A stretch of 64,000 nt of DNA, taken from positions 30,925 to 94,924 of the forward strand of contig JBFXAQ010000014.1 in NCBI GenBank assembly GCA_050184115.1, written 5' to 3'. The DNA is from Gammaproteobacteria bacterium (GTDB taxonomy: Bacteria; Pseudomonadota; Gammaproteobacteria; Ga0077536). Below, one piece after another: positions 17,690 to 26,444 of this stretch; the stretch's first letter is position 1; every line of letters starts with the position of its first letter. Both the position numbers and the translations under genes were made by a program. The notes below the pieces were generated by a model. It worked only from the letters and a program-made list of their open reading frames with translations, ran no database searches and was not told where the DNA came from.

Positions 17690-17838
17690 ACGCGCGCCGG
17701 CGCCCGCCCGCGAAGCCCGGTCCGCGCGGCTGGCCGCGAGGCGGGCGCGAATTCCAGGCTAGAATGCGCCGCACATCGCGCCGGGTACCGCTGCGCGATG
17801 CCGCCAAAACGCCGCTTCATTCGTACAGGTCGTCCACC

Positions 17839-18450
17839 ATGATCGTCTCCGGTTCCCGTGCCCCGTCCCGTTTTCTCGCCGCCCTGGCGCTGGTGCTGTG
17901 CGGCTTCGTACCGGTCGCCGACGCCGTCGCCGGCGAGCCGCACGAACTGGTCAGCGCGGTCATCGCACGCGTCATGTCGCGTCTCGGCGAGTTCACCGAC
18001 GAGCAAGCGCAGAACGGCGCGGTGAACCGGGTCTTCGAGGAGGAACTCAGCCCCCATCTCGCCTTCGGCACCATCGCGCGTTGGCTGTCGGGGCCGCGCT
18101 GGGCGACGTTCAGCGACGCGGATCGCGAAGAATTGACCGCGGTCATCCACGATCACATCGTGCAGGTCTATTCGTCGCTGCTCGCCTATGGTCGTGACGT
18201 CACCATCGAGGTCGAGCCGCATTCCACCCGCCACAAGAGCGCGGCCAAGGTCGCGGCCGTGCTGACCACGCCGGACAAGCGCAGCTTCGACGTCGAGTTC
18301 CGCCTGCTCGAGAGCCCGCAAGGCTGGATGCTCTACGATCTCGTCGCCGATGGCGTCAGCTTCGCCCGCACCATGCAGGCCGAGCTCGGCCCGGTGATCA
18401 CGGCCGACGGCGTGCCGGGCGTGCGCGCCTACCTCGCGCGGACCCGCTGA
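17839..18450 (+). CDS. MlaC/Ttg2D-family periplasmic phospholipid-binding protein
   Basis: 203 aa with signal peptide and Tgt2/MlaC-like core (FGTIARWLSGPRWATFSDADREEL...). Trimmed from ORF 17218..18450. Confidence 0.65.
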   Translation: MIVSGSRAPSRFLAALALVLCGFVPVADAVAGEPHELVSAVIARVMSRLGEFTDEQAQNGAVNRVFEEELSPHLAFGTIARWLSGPRWATFSDADREELTAVIHDHIVQVYSSLLAYGRDVTIEVEPHSTRHKSAAKVAAVLTTPDKRSFDVEFRLLESPQGWMLYDLVADGVSFARTMQAELGPVITADGVPGVRAYLARTR

Positions 18451-18472
18451 TGCCGCGGCGAGCGGCGAACCC

Positions 18473-19873
18473 GTGCCGGCGCGGTCGATGACGACCACGC
18501 TCTACCTGCCGGTCGAGAACCAGGTCCGCGAACTCGACGCCAAGCTGCTTTTCGCCGGCCTTGCCGCCACACGCGGCTACCGCGTGGTCCTGGGCAACAA
18601 GCAACTGCTGCATTTCGCCCTGCCGCGCTTCGAGCCCGGGGTGTTCATCGCCAAGAGCATGCGCGCGCGCGGCAAGCTGATGTTCGACATCATCCGCGGG
18701 CTCGGCCACGAGTTGGTGGCCTGGGACGAAGAGAGCCTGGTGCGCTTCGACTCGCCCGAGTACTACGCCTGGCGTTTTTCGCCGCCGACTTTCAACGCCA
18801 TCCGCCACCTGTTCGCCTGGGGCGAGGACGACGCCGCAATGTTCGCCGCCTACCCGGGTAGTGACGGCAGCGTCGCCATCCACGCCACCGGCAACCCGCG
18901 CATGGATCTGCTGCGCCCGCGCCTGGCCGGCTTCTTCGCCGACGAATGCGCGGCACTCGCGCGGCGCTACGGCCGCTACGTGCTGGTCAACACCAACTTC
19001 TCCTTCGTCAACCCGTTTCTCGCCGCGCACGCGCTGGTGCTCGAACCAGGCGCCAGTGGCGAGCGCGAGAGCCGCGTCGCGCACGGCATGAGCGCGGAGT
19101 TCGCGCGCGGCATGTATGCCCACCAGGAACGCATCTTCGAGCACTTCCGTGCCTTGCTGCCGCGCCTTGCCGCGGCGCTGCCGGACACCCGTATCGTGCT
19201 GCGGCCGCATCCGTCGGAGAACCACGAGGTCTGGCGCGAGCTGCTCGCGCCCCATGCCAACATCGAGGTTTGCCACGAGGGCAACGTCATTCCCTGGCTG
19301 ATGAGCGCGGCACTGCTGCTGCACAACGGCTGCACGACGGCGGTCGAGGCCTCGCTGGCGGAGCGCCCGGTCGTCGCCTATCGACCGGTGCGTTCGGAAA
19401 CCTTTGATTACGCCTTGCCCAATGGTCTCTCCCATCAGGCCGACACCATCGACGAGGTCATCGATACGGTCGGCGCCATCCTCGACGGCCGCCTGGGCCT
19501 GGTCGACGATGCGACCCGCGCGCGGTACTACCGTCGACATCTCGCGGCGGCCGAGGGGCCGCTGGCCTGCGAGCGCATTCTCGATGTCCTCGACGGGCTC
19601 GGTTATCGCGGCGGCTGGCACGCCCCTGTCGGCGCCGGCGCAAGGGCGTTCGCGCGCACCACGAGTGCTGTGCGCACGGCCATCAAGCGCTTCAACATGC
19701 GCCGCCGTCATCACTGGGCGAGCGGACGTTACAACGCCCATCGTTACCCGGGTATCACCCCGGAGGCCCTGAACGTGCGCCTCGCCAGCCTGTTGCAGGC
19801 GGCGGGGGTGCCGGTGAGCGTGCGCGCAACGCCCTGCGGTCAGGATCTCTATCGGCTCGACCCGGCTGGCTGA
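18473..19873 (+). CDS. Surface-carbohydrate biosynthesis protein (TIGR04396-like; capsule-synthesis/KpsS-like fold?)
   Basis: ~460 aa LYLPVENQVRELDAKLLFAGLAA... protein immediately upstream of NeuB-like and NeuA genes. Family assignment is from memory of this conserved trio. Confidence 0.45.
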   Translation: MPARSMTTTLYLPVENQVRELDAKLLFAGLAATRGYRVVLGNKQLLHFALPRFEPGVFIAKSMRARGKLMFDIIRGLGHELVAWDEESLVRFDSPEYYAWRFSPPTFNAIRHLFAWGEDDAAMFAAYPGSDGSVAIHATGNPRMDLLRPRLAGFFADECAALARRYGRYVLVNTNFSFVNPFLAAHALVLEPGASGERESRVAHGMSAEFARGMYAHQERIFEHFRALLPRLAAALPDTRIVLRPHPSENHEVWRELLAPHANIEVCHEGNVIPWLMSAALLLHNGCTTAVEASLAERPVVAYRPVRSETFDYALPNGLSHQADTIDEVIDTVGAILDGRLGLVDDATRARYYRRHLAAAEGPLACERILDVLDGLGYRGGWHAPVGAGARAFARTTSAVRTAIKRFNMRRRHHWASGRYNAHRYPGITPEALNVRLASLLQAAGVPVSVRATPCGQDLYRLDPAG

Positions 19874-19997
19874 ACGGTGCGTCGCCGCTCGTGCGCGCGC
19901 CGACGCAGCGTTAACGCGTTCTTAACGCCGCCGCGGTTAACTTGCCCGGTCTCCGCGCGCGTGTCGTGCGTCAGCGCAGGCACCAGGCAGCCCCGCC

Positions 19998-20900
19998 ATG
20001 CAAGAAGACCGTTCCAGGGCCGTAGCGCCACCCGCCGTGGTGGCGGAGATCGGCTGTAATCACAAAGGCGACATGGCCATCGCCCGTGAGCTCGTGCGCA
20101 GCGCGGCCGCGTTCGCCGGCGCCACCTACGCCAAGTTCCAGAAGCGCACCAATCGCGAGCTGTTGAGCGCCGCGGAATATGCCGCGCCTCACCCCAACCC
20201 GGCCAACAGCTACGGCGCGACCTACGGCGAACACCGCGAATTCCTCGAGTTCGATCGGGAACAGCACCGCGATTTGATGGCCTGGTGCGCGGAGCTCGGC
20301 GTCGGCTATGCCTGCTCGGTGTGGGATCTCACCGCTGCAGGCGACATCGTTGCGCTCGAGCCCGATTACATCAAGGTGCCCTCGGCCTGCAACCTCGACC
20401 GGCGCTTGCTCGGTTACCTTGCCGACGAGTACGGCGGTGGTTTGCATGTTTCGCTCGGCATGACCAGCGCGCGCGAGGAGGCCGAACTGGTCGATTTCCT
20501 CGAACGGCGCGGCGCGGCCGTGCGCACCGTGCTCTACGCCTGCACCTCCGGTTACCCGGTGCCCCACGCGGATGTCTGTCTGCGCGAGATCACCCGGCTC
20601 GAGGCCGAGTACGGTGGGCGGGTCGAGGCCATTGGTTTTTCCGGCCATCACCTCGGCATCGCGCTCGACGTCGCGGCGCAGACCCTGGGTGCGCGCTGGA
20701 TCGAGCGTCATTTCACCCTCGACCGCACCTGGAAGGGTACCGATCACGCGGCGTCGCTCGAACCCGACGGCCTGCGCCGGCTGGTGCGCGACACTGTCGC
20801 CGTCGCCGCAGCGCTGCACGCCAAACCGACCGACATCCTCCCCATCGAGGAACCACAACGGGCCAAGTTGAAACGCCTGCCCGGCGTGCACGTGACCTGA
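19998..20900 (+). CDS. N-acetylneuraminate synthase (NeuB)-family protein, short form without SAF domain
   Basis: AEIGCNHKGD NeuB motif and TIM-barrel NeuB N-domain. Only 300 aa, so the C-terminal SAF/antifreeze-like domain is absent. Confidence 0.75.
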   Translation: MQEDRSRAVAPPAVVAEIGCNHKGDMAIARELVRSAAAFAGATYAKFQKRTNRELLSAAEYAAPHPNPANSYGATYGEHREFLEFDREQHRDLMAWCAELGVGYACSVWDLTAAGDIVALEPDYIKVPSACNLDRRLLGYLADEYGGGLHVSLGMTSAREEAELVDFLERRGAAVRTVLYACTSGYPVPHADVCLREITRLEAEYGGRVEAIGFSGHHLGIALDVAAQTLGARWIERHFTLDRTWKGTDHAASLEPDGLRRLVRDTVAVAAALHAKPTDILPIEEPQRAKLKRLPGVHVT

Positions 20901-20904
20901 CCGC

Positions 20905-21570
20905 ATGCGTTGGGTGGCGCTGATGCCGCTGCGTGGCGGCTCGAAATCGATCCCGCGCAAGAACTTGCTCGAGGTCGGCGGCCGGCCGTTGTTTGCCTGG
21001 AGCCTGGAGGCGGCCGTCACGGCGCAGGTGTTCGACGAGGTGGTCGTGGCGAGCGACGACGCCGAGATCCGCGCGGCCGTGACCGCGGCCTTCGGTGCCG
21101 CGGTCACGGTCCTCGACCGCCGTGCGGAGAACGCCAGCGACACGGCCAGCAGCGAGGCGGTGATGTGCGAAGTTCTGGCACAACGGCCCTGTGACGTGCT
21201 GGCCCTGGTACAGGCGACCTCACCCCTGACCACGGCGGCAGATTTCGTCGCCGCTCGCGCGCGTTTCGAGCGCGATGAGCTCGATTCGCTGCTGACAGCC
21301 GTGCGTTGGAAGCGCTTCGTCTGGAGCGACGACGCCCGGCCGCTCAACTACGACCCCGCCGCGCGCCCGCGGCGCCAGGATTTCGCCGGCGCCCTGGTCG
21401 AGAACGGCGCGTTCTATCTGACCCGCAGCACCCTCCTCGAGTGCGGTGGCAGCCGCCTGGGAGGCCGCATCGGTATCCACGAGATGGGCGCCGACACCCT
21501 CGTCGAGATCGACGAACCGGCTGACCTCGCCGAAGTGGCCCGCCTGCTCGCCGCCCGTCGCGGCGCCTGA
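20905..21570 (+). CDS. neuA: Acylneuraminate (CMP-NeuAc/CMP-nonulosonate) cytidylyltransferase
   Basis: MRWVALMPLRGGSKSIPRKNLLEVGGRPL is the canonical CTP-transf_3 N-terminus. ATG 5 nt after the NeuB stop. Confidence 0.8.
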   Translation: MRWVALMPLRGGSKSIPRKNLLEVGGRPLFAWSLEAAVTAQVFDEVVVASDDAEIRAAVTAAFGAAVTVLDRRAENASDTASSEAVMCEVLAQRPCDVLALVQATSPLTTAADFVAARARFERDELDSLLTAVRWKRFVWSDDARPLNYDPAARPRRQDFAGALVENGAFYLTRSTLLECGGSRLGGRIGIHEMGADTLVEIDEPADLAEVARLLAARRGA

Positions 21571-21704
21571 GGTCTACCCTTGCCGCGCGGCTTGCCGGCG
21601 CGTCCCCGCTCTTCTATCGTCGACCGGAATTGCCGCTTGTCACGGTGACGCCGGGCCGGGTCAGCACCGGCGCGGCGTCATCCACCACCAGGGGAGAAGC
21701 ACGC

Positions 21705-22523
21705 ATGGGATTCGTTCGCAGCCCGCAGGAGATCGCCCGTATCCAGGAAGCACTGGCCAAGCCGCGGTTCGTCAATGCCGAAATGCTGATGGTCGATTTC
21801 CTCACCGAGCCCGCCATCGTCCGACACTTGTTGCCACCTGGCCTCGAGCCCACCGCCAATCCGCGCGTCACCGCCATGGTCGGCCGCTGGCAGAGCAACT
21901 GCGTGGGCGATTTCGATGGCGGCGCGGTCTACCTCGAAGCGCGTCACGGCGACATCGTCGGCGACTACGTACTGGCCATGTACATGGACCGTGACCAGCC
22001 CATCATCTACGGCCGCGAACTGTTCGGTGAGCCCAAGCGCCAGGCGGAGAGCCGGCTGTTCCACAACGGTGCGCGCTACAACGGTCGTGTCACCCGCCAC
22101 GGCGCCACGCTCATCGAGCTCGACGTCGAACTCGAGCGTGACCTCGGGCCGGGCGAGGTCGAGGGCGTCAACTTCAACTACAAGGCCATTCCCGCCACCC
22201 ACGGCGTGGGCCTCGAATGGGACGCCGCACTGACCTGCGCGCGCTTTCACAACGAGCTCAAGATCAACCGCGAGGGCCGCGGACGCGTCGCGCTGGGCGC
22301 CACCGTGCACGACCCGCTCGACGAACTCGTCGTGGTCGAGGTGCTGCGCGGTGCTTACGTCGAAGGCGACCTCATCGCCCGCGCCGAGACCCTGGCCTAC
22401 ATCGACGGCGACGCCTTCCTGCCCTATGCGCTGGGCCGCACCGACGACTGGAGCGCACTCGACAGCGAGACCCGTCCGGTCATCGCACCGCCCGGCATGC
22501 CGCGCGCGGCGTCGGGCGGTTGA
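21705..22523 (+). CDS. Acetoacetate decarboxylase (ADC)-family protein
   Basis: ADC-like sequence (LMVDFLTEP...GELFGEPKR...). RBS GGGGAGAAG before ATG 21705. Confidence 0.65.
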   Translation: MGFVRSPQEIARIQEALAKPRFVNAEMLMVDFLTEPAIVRHLLPPGLEPTANPRVTAMVGRWQSNCVGDFDGGAVYLEARHGDIVGDYVLAMYMDRDQPIIYGRELFGEPKRQAESRLFHNGARYNGRVTRHGATLIELDVELERDLGPGEVEGVNFNYKAIPATHGVGLEWDAALTCARFHNELKINREGRGRVALGATVHDPLDELVVVEVLRGAYVEGDLIARAETLAYIDGDAFLPYALGRTDDWSALDSETRPVIAPPGMPRAASGG

Positions 22524-22539
22524 ACGTTTATGACGCGTT

Positions 22540-22560
22540 GACTAGACACGCTGTCTAGTC
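22540..22560. promoter_or_regulatory. Perfect palindrome GACTAGACA-cgc-TGTCTAGTC; candidate TetR operator
   Basis: 9-bp inverted repeat with 3-bp spacer in the 100-bp gap between the ADC gene and the TetR gene. Confidence 0.5.
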
Positions 22561-22622
22561 TAGTTTGCGGCGATGTCCGCATCGCCGCAGCGTCGTTCTT
22601 CGTCCGCTACCAAGGGGCGCCC

Positions 22623-23258
22623 GTGGTCAGCGTGACCCGCCGCGCGCGCGCGGCGCCGCGCGACGATGCGGCGATGACCGATCGCCTGCTCGCGGCCCTC
22701 GAACGCCTGCTCGAGCACGAACCGAGCTATACGACCCTGGCGGTCGCCCGCCTGGCCGAGGAAGCCGGCATCGCACGGGCGACCTTCTATCTCCACTTCC
22801 GCGACAAGAGCGACCTCGTGCAGCGCCTGCTGGCGCGGGTCGAGGACGAGATGATCGCGGCCGGCGGCGAGTGGTTCCGTCACGCCGAGGACTTCGACTA
22901 CGCCGACCTGCGCGCCGCCATGCAGCGCTTCGCCGGCGTCTACCGCGCACACCATGCCGTCCTGCGTGTCGCCGCCGAGACCGCGGCCTACGATGCCGAC
23001 ATCGCCGCGCTCTACGCCCGCACGCTCGACCGCTTCCGTGCCGAGACGCGCGGCGCCGTGCAACGCATCGCCGCCGCCGGACGCGCCCACGCCGCGCTGC
23101 CGCCGCTGCTCGGCGACGTGCTCGCCTGGGCCGCCGATCATCTCTACGTCCACCACGCGGCAACCTTGCCCGAGGACCAGCTCGACGCCCTGCTCGATGC
23201 CATGACGTATCTCGTGTGGAGCGCCGTCTTTGCCGCGCCGCCCGGTGCGGCGTCCTGA
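22623..23258 (+). CDS. TetR/AcrR-family transcriptional regulator
   Basis: N-terminal HTH (YTTLAVARLAEEAGIARATFYLHFRDKSDL) plus C-terminal ligand domain. Confidence 0.85.
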   Translation: MVSVTRRARAAPRDDAAMTDRLLAALERLLEHEPSYTTLAVARLAEEAGIARATFYLHFRDKSDLVQRLLARVEDEMIAAGGEWFRHAEDFDYADLRAAMQRFAGVYRAHHAVLRVAAETAAYDADIAALYARTLDRFRAETRGAVQRIAAAGRAHAALPPLLGDVLAWAADHLYVHHAATLPEDQLDALLDAMTYLVWSAVFAAPPGAAS

Positions 23259-23314
23259 AGCGGTCAGGGCACATCCATATCAATCGACACCGTCAAACGA
23301 GGGGAGAACACACC

Positions 23315-24472
23315 ATGCAGGACATCGGCAAGCTGCTGCCGCTCGACGAGCAGGTCAACCACCAGATCATCGATACCTTTGCCACTGTCGCGCAGTCGGA
23401 CCTGTCGTGGACGGAGAAGTTGTGGACGCCGGTTTCGCGCAAGGACGGCAGCCTGCAGCTCGACATGGGGATGGGGCGCTATCCCAACCGCGGCGTTCTC
23501 GATGGCTTCGCCGGCCTCTCGCGCGGGCTCGAGCAGTGGACGGTACGGGCCAGCCGCGAACTCTCGCTCGACCCCTTGGCGACCGCGGTCGGCCCGCTCA
23601 GTTACGAAGTCCTCGAACCCTTGAAGCAGGTGCGCTGGAAGCTCGAGAAGAACGACATCGTCCCGCTCGAGTTCGACATCACCTTCCATGCAACCTTCCC
23701 GGCCTTCTTCGAGGATCGCCACATCCAGCGCGACGAGCACAGCTTTCGCGTCGTCTCCAACGTGGTGCGCTACCACCAGGCGGGCGAACCCAGCGGCTGG
23801 TACGCCATCGACGGCAAGCGCGAGACCATCAACACCGAGGACTGGTTCTGCTACCGCGACCATTCCTGGGGCGTGCGTCTCGACGTCGGTGCGCCGCCGT
23901 CGGACCTGCGCCCGGCACGCGACTTCGGCGAGCGCAAGTTCGAGGATTCCAAGTTCCTGCTCAATTGGTCACCGCTGCTGTTGCAGCGACCCGACGGCAG
24001 TCGCTACGAGTATCACTTCTACCTGCAGATCCGTGGTGACGAGGTGTTCTACTTTTCCGGCTATCGCAACCACGCCGACGGCCGCCAGGAGCGCATCGCA
24101 CGCGCGCGCCCGGAACTGCGTTACGTCGACGAGACTCGCCGCCTGATCGGCGGTCGCATTCATTTCGACATGCTCTCGGGCGAGACGGCGACGGTCGAAC
24201 TCGAGGTACGTGGCGAGTCCGGCTTCTACCTGGGGCCCGCCCTCTATCTCGGTTTCGACGGCAAGAAGCACGGCAACTGGCGCGGCGAACTCGCGCTCGA
24301 CGGCGAGCAGATCCCGGACATGACGAATCCCGAGGTGCGCAAGCGCATGGGCTCGGCCGTGCGCGACACCATCGTCGCCGTGCGCGAGGGCGAGGCCACC
24401 GGCCATGGCCTGTTCGAGCCCATCGTGCTGGGCGAGTGGCCGGACCTCGAACTCTACGGCACCCAGCCCTGA
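23315..24472 (+). CDS. Conserved hypothetical protein (385 aa), unknown function
   Basis: Strong RBS GAGGGGAGAA before ATG 23315. Soluble, Trp/Tyr-rich. No family recognised with confidence. Confidence 0.5.
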   Translation: MQDIGKLLPLDEQVNHQIIDTFATVAQSDLSWTEKLWTPVSRKDGSLQLDMGMGRYPNRGVLDGFAGLSRGLEQWTVRASRELSLDPLATAVGPLSYEVLEPLKQVRWKLEKNDIVPLEFDITFHATFPAFFEDRHIQRDEHSFRVVSNVVRYHQAGEPSGWYAIDGKRETINTEDWFCYRDHSWGVRLDVGAPPSDLRPARDFGERKFEDSKFLLNWSPLLLQRPDGSRYEYHFYLQIRGDEVFYFSGYRNHADGRQERIARARPELRYVDETRRLIGGRIHFDMLSGETATVELEVRGESGFYLGPALYLGFDGKKHGNWRGELALDGEQIPDMTNPEVRKRMGSAVRDTIVAVREGEATGHGLFEPIVLGEWPDLELYGTQP

Positions 24473-24481
24473 GGCCGCGCC

Positions 24482-25462
24482 ATGGCACGCGATCTGGAGC
24501 AGATGCTGGCAGGCCTGCGCGACCATCTTGCCGACGGCGCCGGATTGACCGGCATCGTGCCGCTGTCGACCGGCCATTCCAACGAGACCTACCTGCTCGA
24601 GGGCATCGATCGCATCCTGCGCATGCCGCCCTCGGAAGAAGGCCTCTTGCCGCCATACGACATGGCCCTGCAGCACGCGGTGCTGGCCGCCATGGGCGGC
24701 ACGGCAGACGGGCCGCCGGTGCCGGCGGTCTACGAACTGTGCACCGATGACAGTGTCATCGGGGACGCCTTTTTCGTCATGGAATGCCTGCAGGGCGAGG
24801 CCTTCGAGTACGTCACGCCCGATTGGTTGAGCGCGGCACCGGCCGCGTTGCCGGACGCCATGTGTCGGCAGTGGATCGGCGCCGTCACGGCCGTTCATCG
24901 ACTGCCGGTTGCGTGCATGCCAGCGGCCGCGCGCAGCCCCGTCGACGAAGCGCGTCATTGGCTGGCGGTCGCCGAGCAAGCCGAGGCGCCGGCCGCGCTG
25001 CTGGCAGTGCTACGCGAACTGGTCGCCAGCCCGCCGCGGTCGTCCGGTCCGGTCACCCCGGTGCATGGCGACCCCAAGCACGGCAATTGCCTGTGGCGGC
25101 AGGACGGGCAACTGCTGGCCCTGCTCGACTGGGAGATGGCCGGGGTCGGCGAACCGATGACGGATCTCGGCTACATCGCTCATTTCTATGACCAGGGCGA
25201 GGCCAAGCTCGCCACGGCGGGCTACGAGCTACCGGGTTGGTGGTCGAAGGCGCAGGTGGTCGCGGCCTGGGAAGCGGCGACCGGCCGCACGGCCGTCGAC
25301 TTGATGCGCTACGAGGCGCTCGCCGTGGCCAAGATCGCCGCCATCATTGCGCTCGGCTACCACCTGTTCGCCAGTGGACGGACCCGCGATCCGCGCTTCG
25401 AGGCCTGGGCTGCGGTGATACCCGGCTACGTCGACATGGCCACGCGTTTCGCGACGGCATGA
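24482..25462 (+). CDS. Phosphotransferase-family protein (APH/choline-kinase-like kinase)
   Basis: HGDPKHGNCLW (Brenner motif) and LLDWEMAGVGEPMTDLG (DxE/D motif) are typical of the APH fold. Confidence 0.8.
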   Translation: MARDLEQMLAGLRDHLADGAGLTGIVPLSTGHSNETYLLEGIDRILRMPPSEEGLLPPYDMALQHAVLAAMGGTADGPPVPAVYELCTDDSVIGDAFFVMECLQGEAFEYVTPDWLSAAPAALPDAMCRQWIGAVTAVHRLPVACMPAAARSPVDEARHWLAVAEQAEAPAALLAVLRELVASPPRSSGPVTPVHGDPKHGNCLWRQDGQLLALLDWEMAGVGEPMTDLGYIAHFYDQGEAKLATAGYELPGWWSKAQVVAAWEAATGRTAVDLMRYEALAVAKIAAIIALGYHLFASGRTRDPRFEAWAAVIPGYVDMATRFATA

Positions 25463-25477
25463 AGGCGCTGCGTTATA

Positions 25478-25567
25478 GGGCGGAGCGGAATTAAGTGCCG
25501 GGCCTTGCGGCCCGGCGAGGGGAGGTCCCAAGTACAGGTTTCGAGGGGAGGTCGATCTGCATTGGTG
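25478..25567 (-). ncRNA. Sibling sRNA 1 of 5 (CcsR/cuckoo-like, two CCUCCCCUC motifs)
   Basis: Minus strand has -35 TTGCGA, 16-nt spacer, -10 TAGACT. Variable-stem hairpin with loop UCGACCUCCCCUCGAAA, then GGGACCUCCCCUC. Terminator GCCGGGCC-GCAA-GGCCCGGC followed by ACUUAAUU. Confidence 0.55.
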
Positions 25568-25745
25568 AATACAAGTCTACACTAAAAATGCGGCATCGCA
25601 ACAATTTTATTGCACAACAGCATTTCCAATCTCGCTTGGCCCGTCACGGGAATCCGCGCCCGCGTAGTGAGCCTTCCAGTCGCGGTCGAGCCAAATAGCC
25701 GCGGAGCACGGCATGTGGCGCGCTAACGGAAGACAATCGGCAGGG

Positions 25746-25835
25746 GAAATTAAGTGCCGGGCCTTGCGGCCCGGCGAGGGGAGGTCCCAAGTACAGGTTT
25801 CGAGGGGAGGTCGATCTGCATTGGTGAATACAAGT
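25746..25835 (-). ncRNA. Sibling sRNA 2 of 5
   Basis: Near-identical to copy 1 over ~190 nt (offset 268 nt). Same promoter, hairpin and terminator. Confidence 0.55.
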
Positions 25836-25997
25836 CTACACTAAAAATGCGGCAGTGCAACATTTATATTGCATAACAGCATTTCCAATCTCGCCTGGCC
25901 CGTCACGGCAACCCGTGCTGTTTACGAGGCAATCTCGGCCGAACAGGATTGCCGCGAGGTACCGCGCACGGTGCGGTGAAGGTCGAGAATCGGTGGG

Positions 25998-26078
25998 CGA
26001 TTTAAGAGCCGGGCCTTGCGGCCCGGCGAGGGGAGGTCCCGAGTACAGGTTTCGAGGGGAGGTCGACCTGTATCGGAG
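25998..26078 (-). ncRNA. Sibling sRNA 3 of 5
   Basis: -35 TTGCAC, 16-nt spacer, -10 TATCAT. Hairpin stem CCGAUACAGG/CCUGUACUCGG, covarying relative to copy 1. Conserved loop and terminator. Confidence 0.5.
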
Positions 26079-26183
26079 GATGCCATGATACACGGTTTAT
26101 GTCGCAGTGCAACATTTCCCTGGGTGCTCGTGGCGCGCAGGCTGATGTGTCTGCAAAGCAGGCCCGTTCAGATGCCAAGGTCG

Positions 26184-26267
26184 GAAAATAAGAGCCGGGC
26201 CTTGCGGCCCGGCGAGGGGAGGTGCCAAAGACGGTTGTCGAGGGGAGGTCGAGCGTCCGTCTTGGTG
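26184..26267 (-). ncRNA. Sibling sRNA 4 of 5
   Basis: -35 TTGCGG, 16-nt spacer, -10 TATACT. Hairpin stem CCAAGACGG/CCGUCUUUGG (covarying). Terminator followed by CUCUUAUUUUCC. Confidence 0.5.
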
Positions 26268-26444
26268 TAAGCGAGTATAGGCGCCCTGTACCGCGCCGCA
26301 ACAACCAATTTGGAATAAGTCTATTCCCTTTCGTCAGCAAGGGGTTCTGCCAAGGACCTCAAGCTATGACTCAGATAGGGTCCCGAGCCGCGGCAACGAC
26401 ACCACAGCGGATCGGTGCAAGGCCGTTCGGACGAGGCGAGCGGG

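Noticed and set aside
26002-26340. ORFs on both strands inside the repeat array, such as 26002..26340(-) with LGTSPRRAARPGS repeated
   Set aside because: Their repeated peptide is just translation of the nucleotide repeat. Compensatory stem changes indicate RNA-level rather than protein-level selection.
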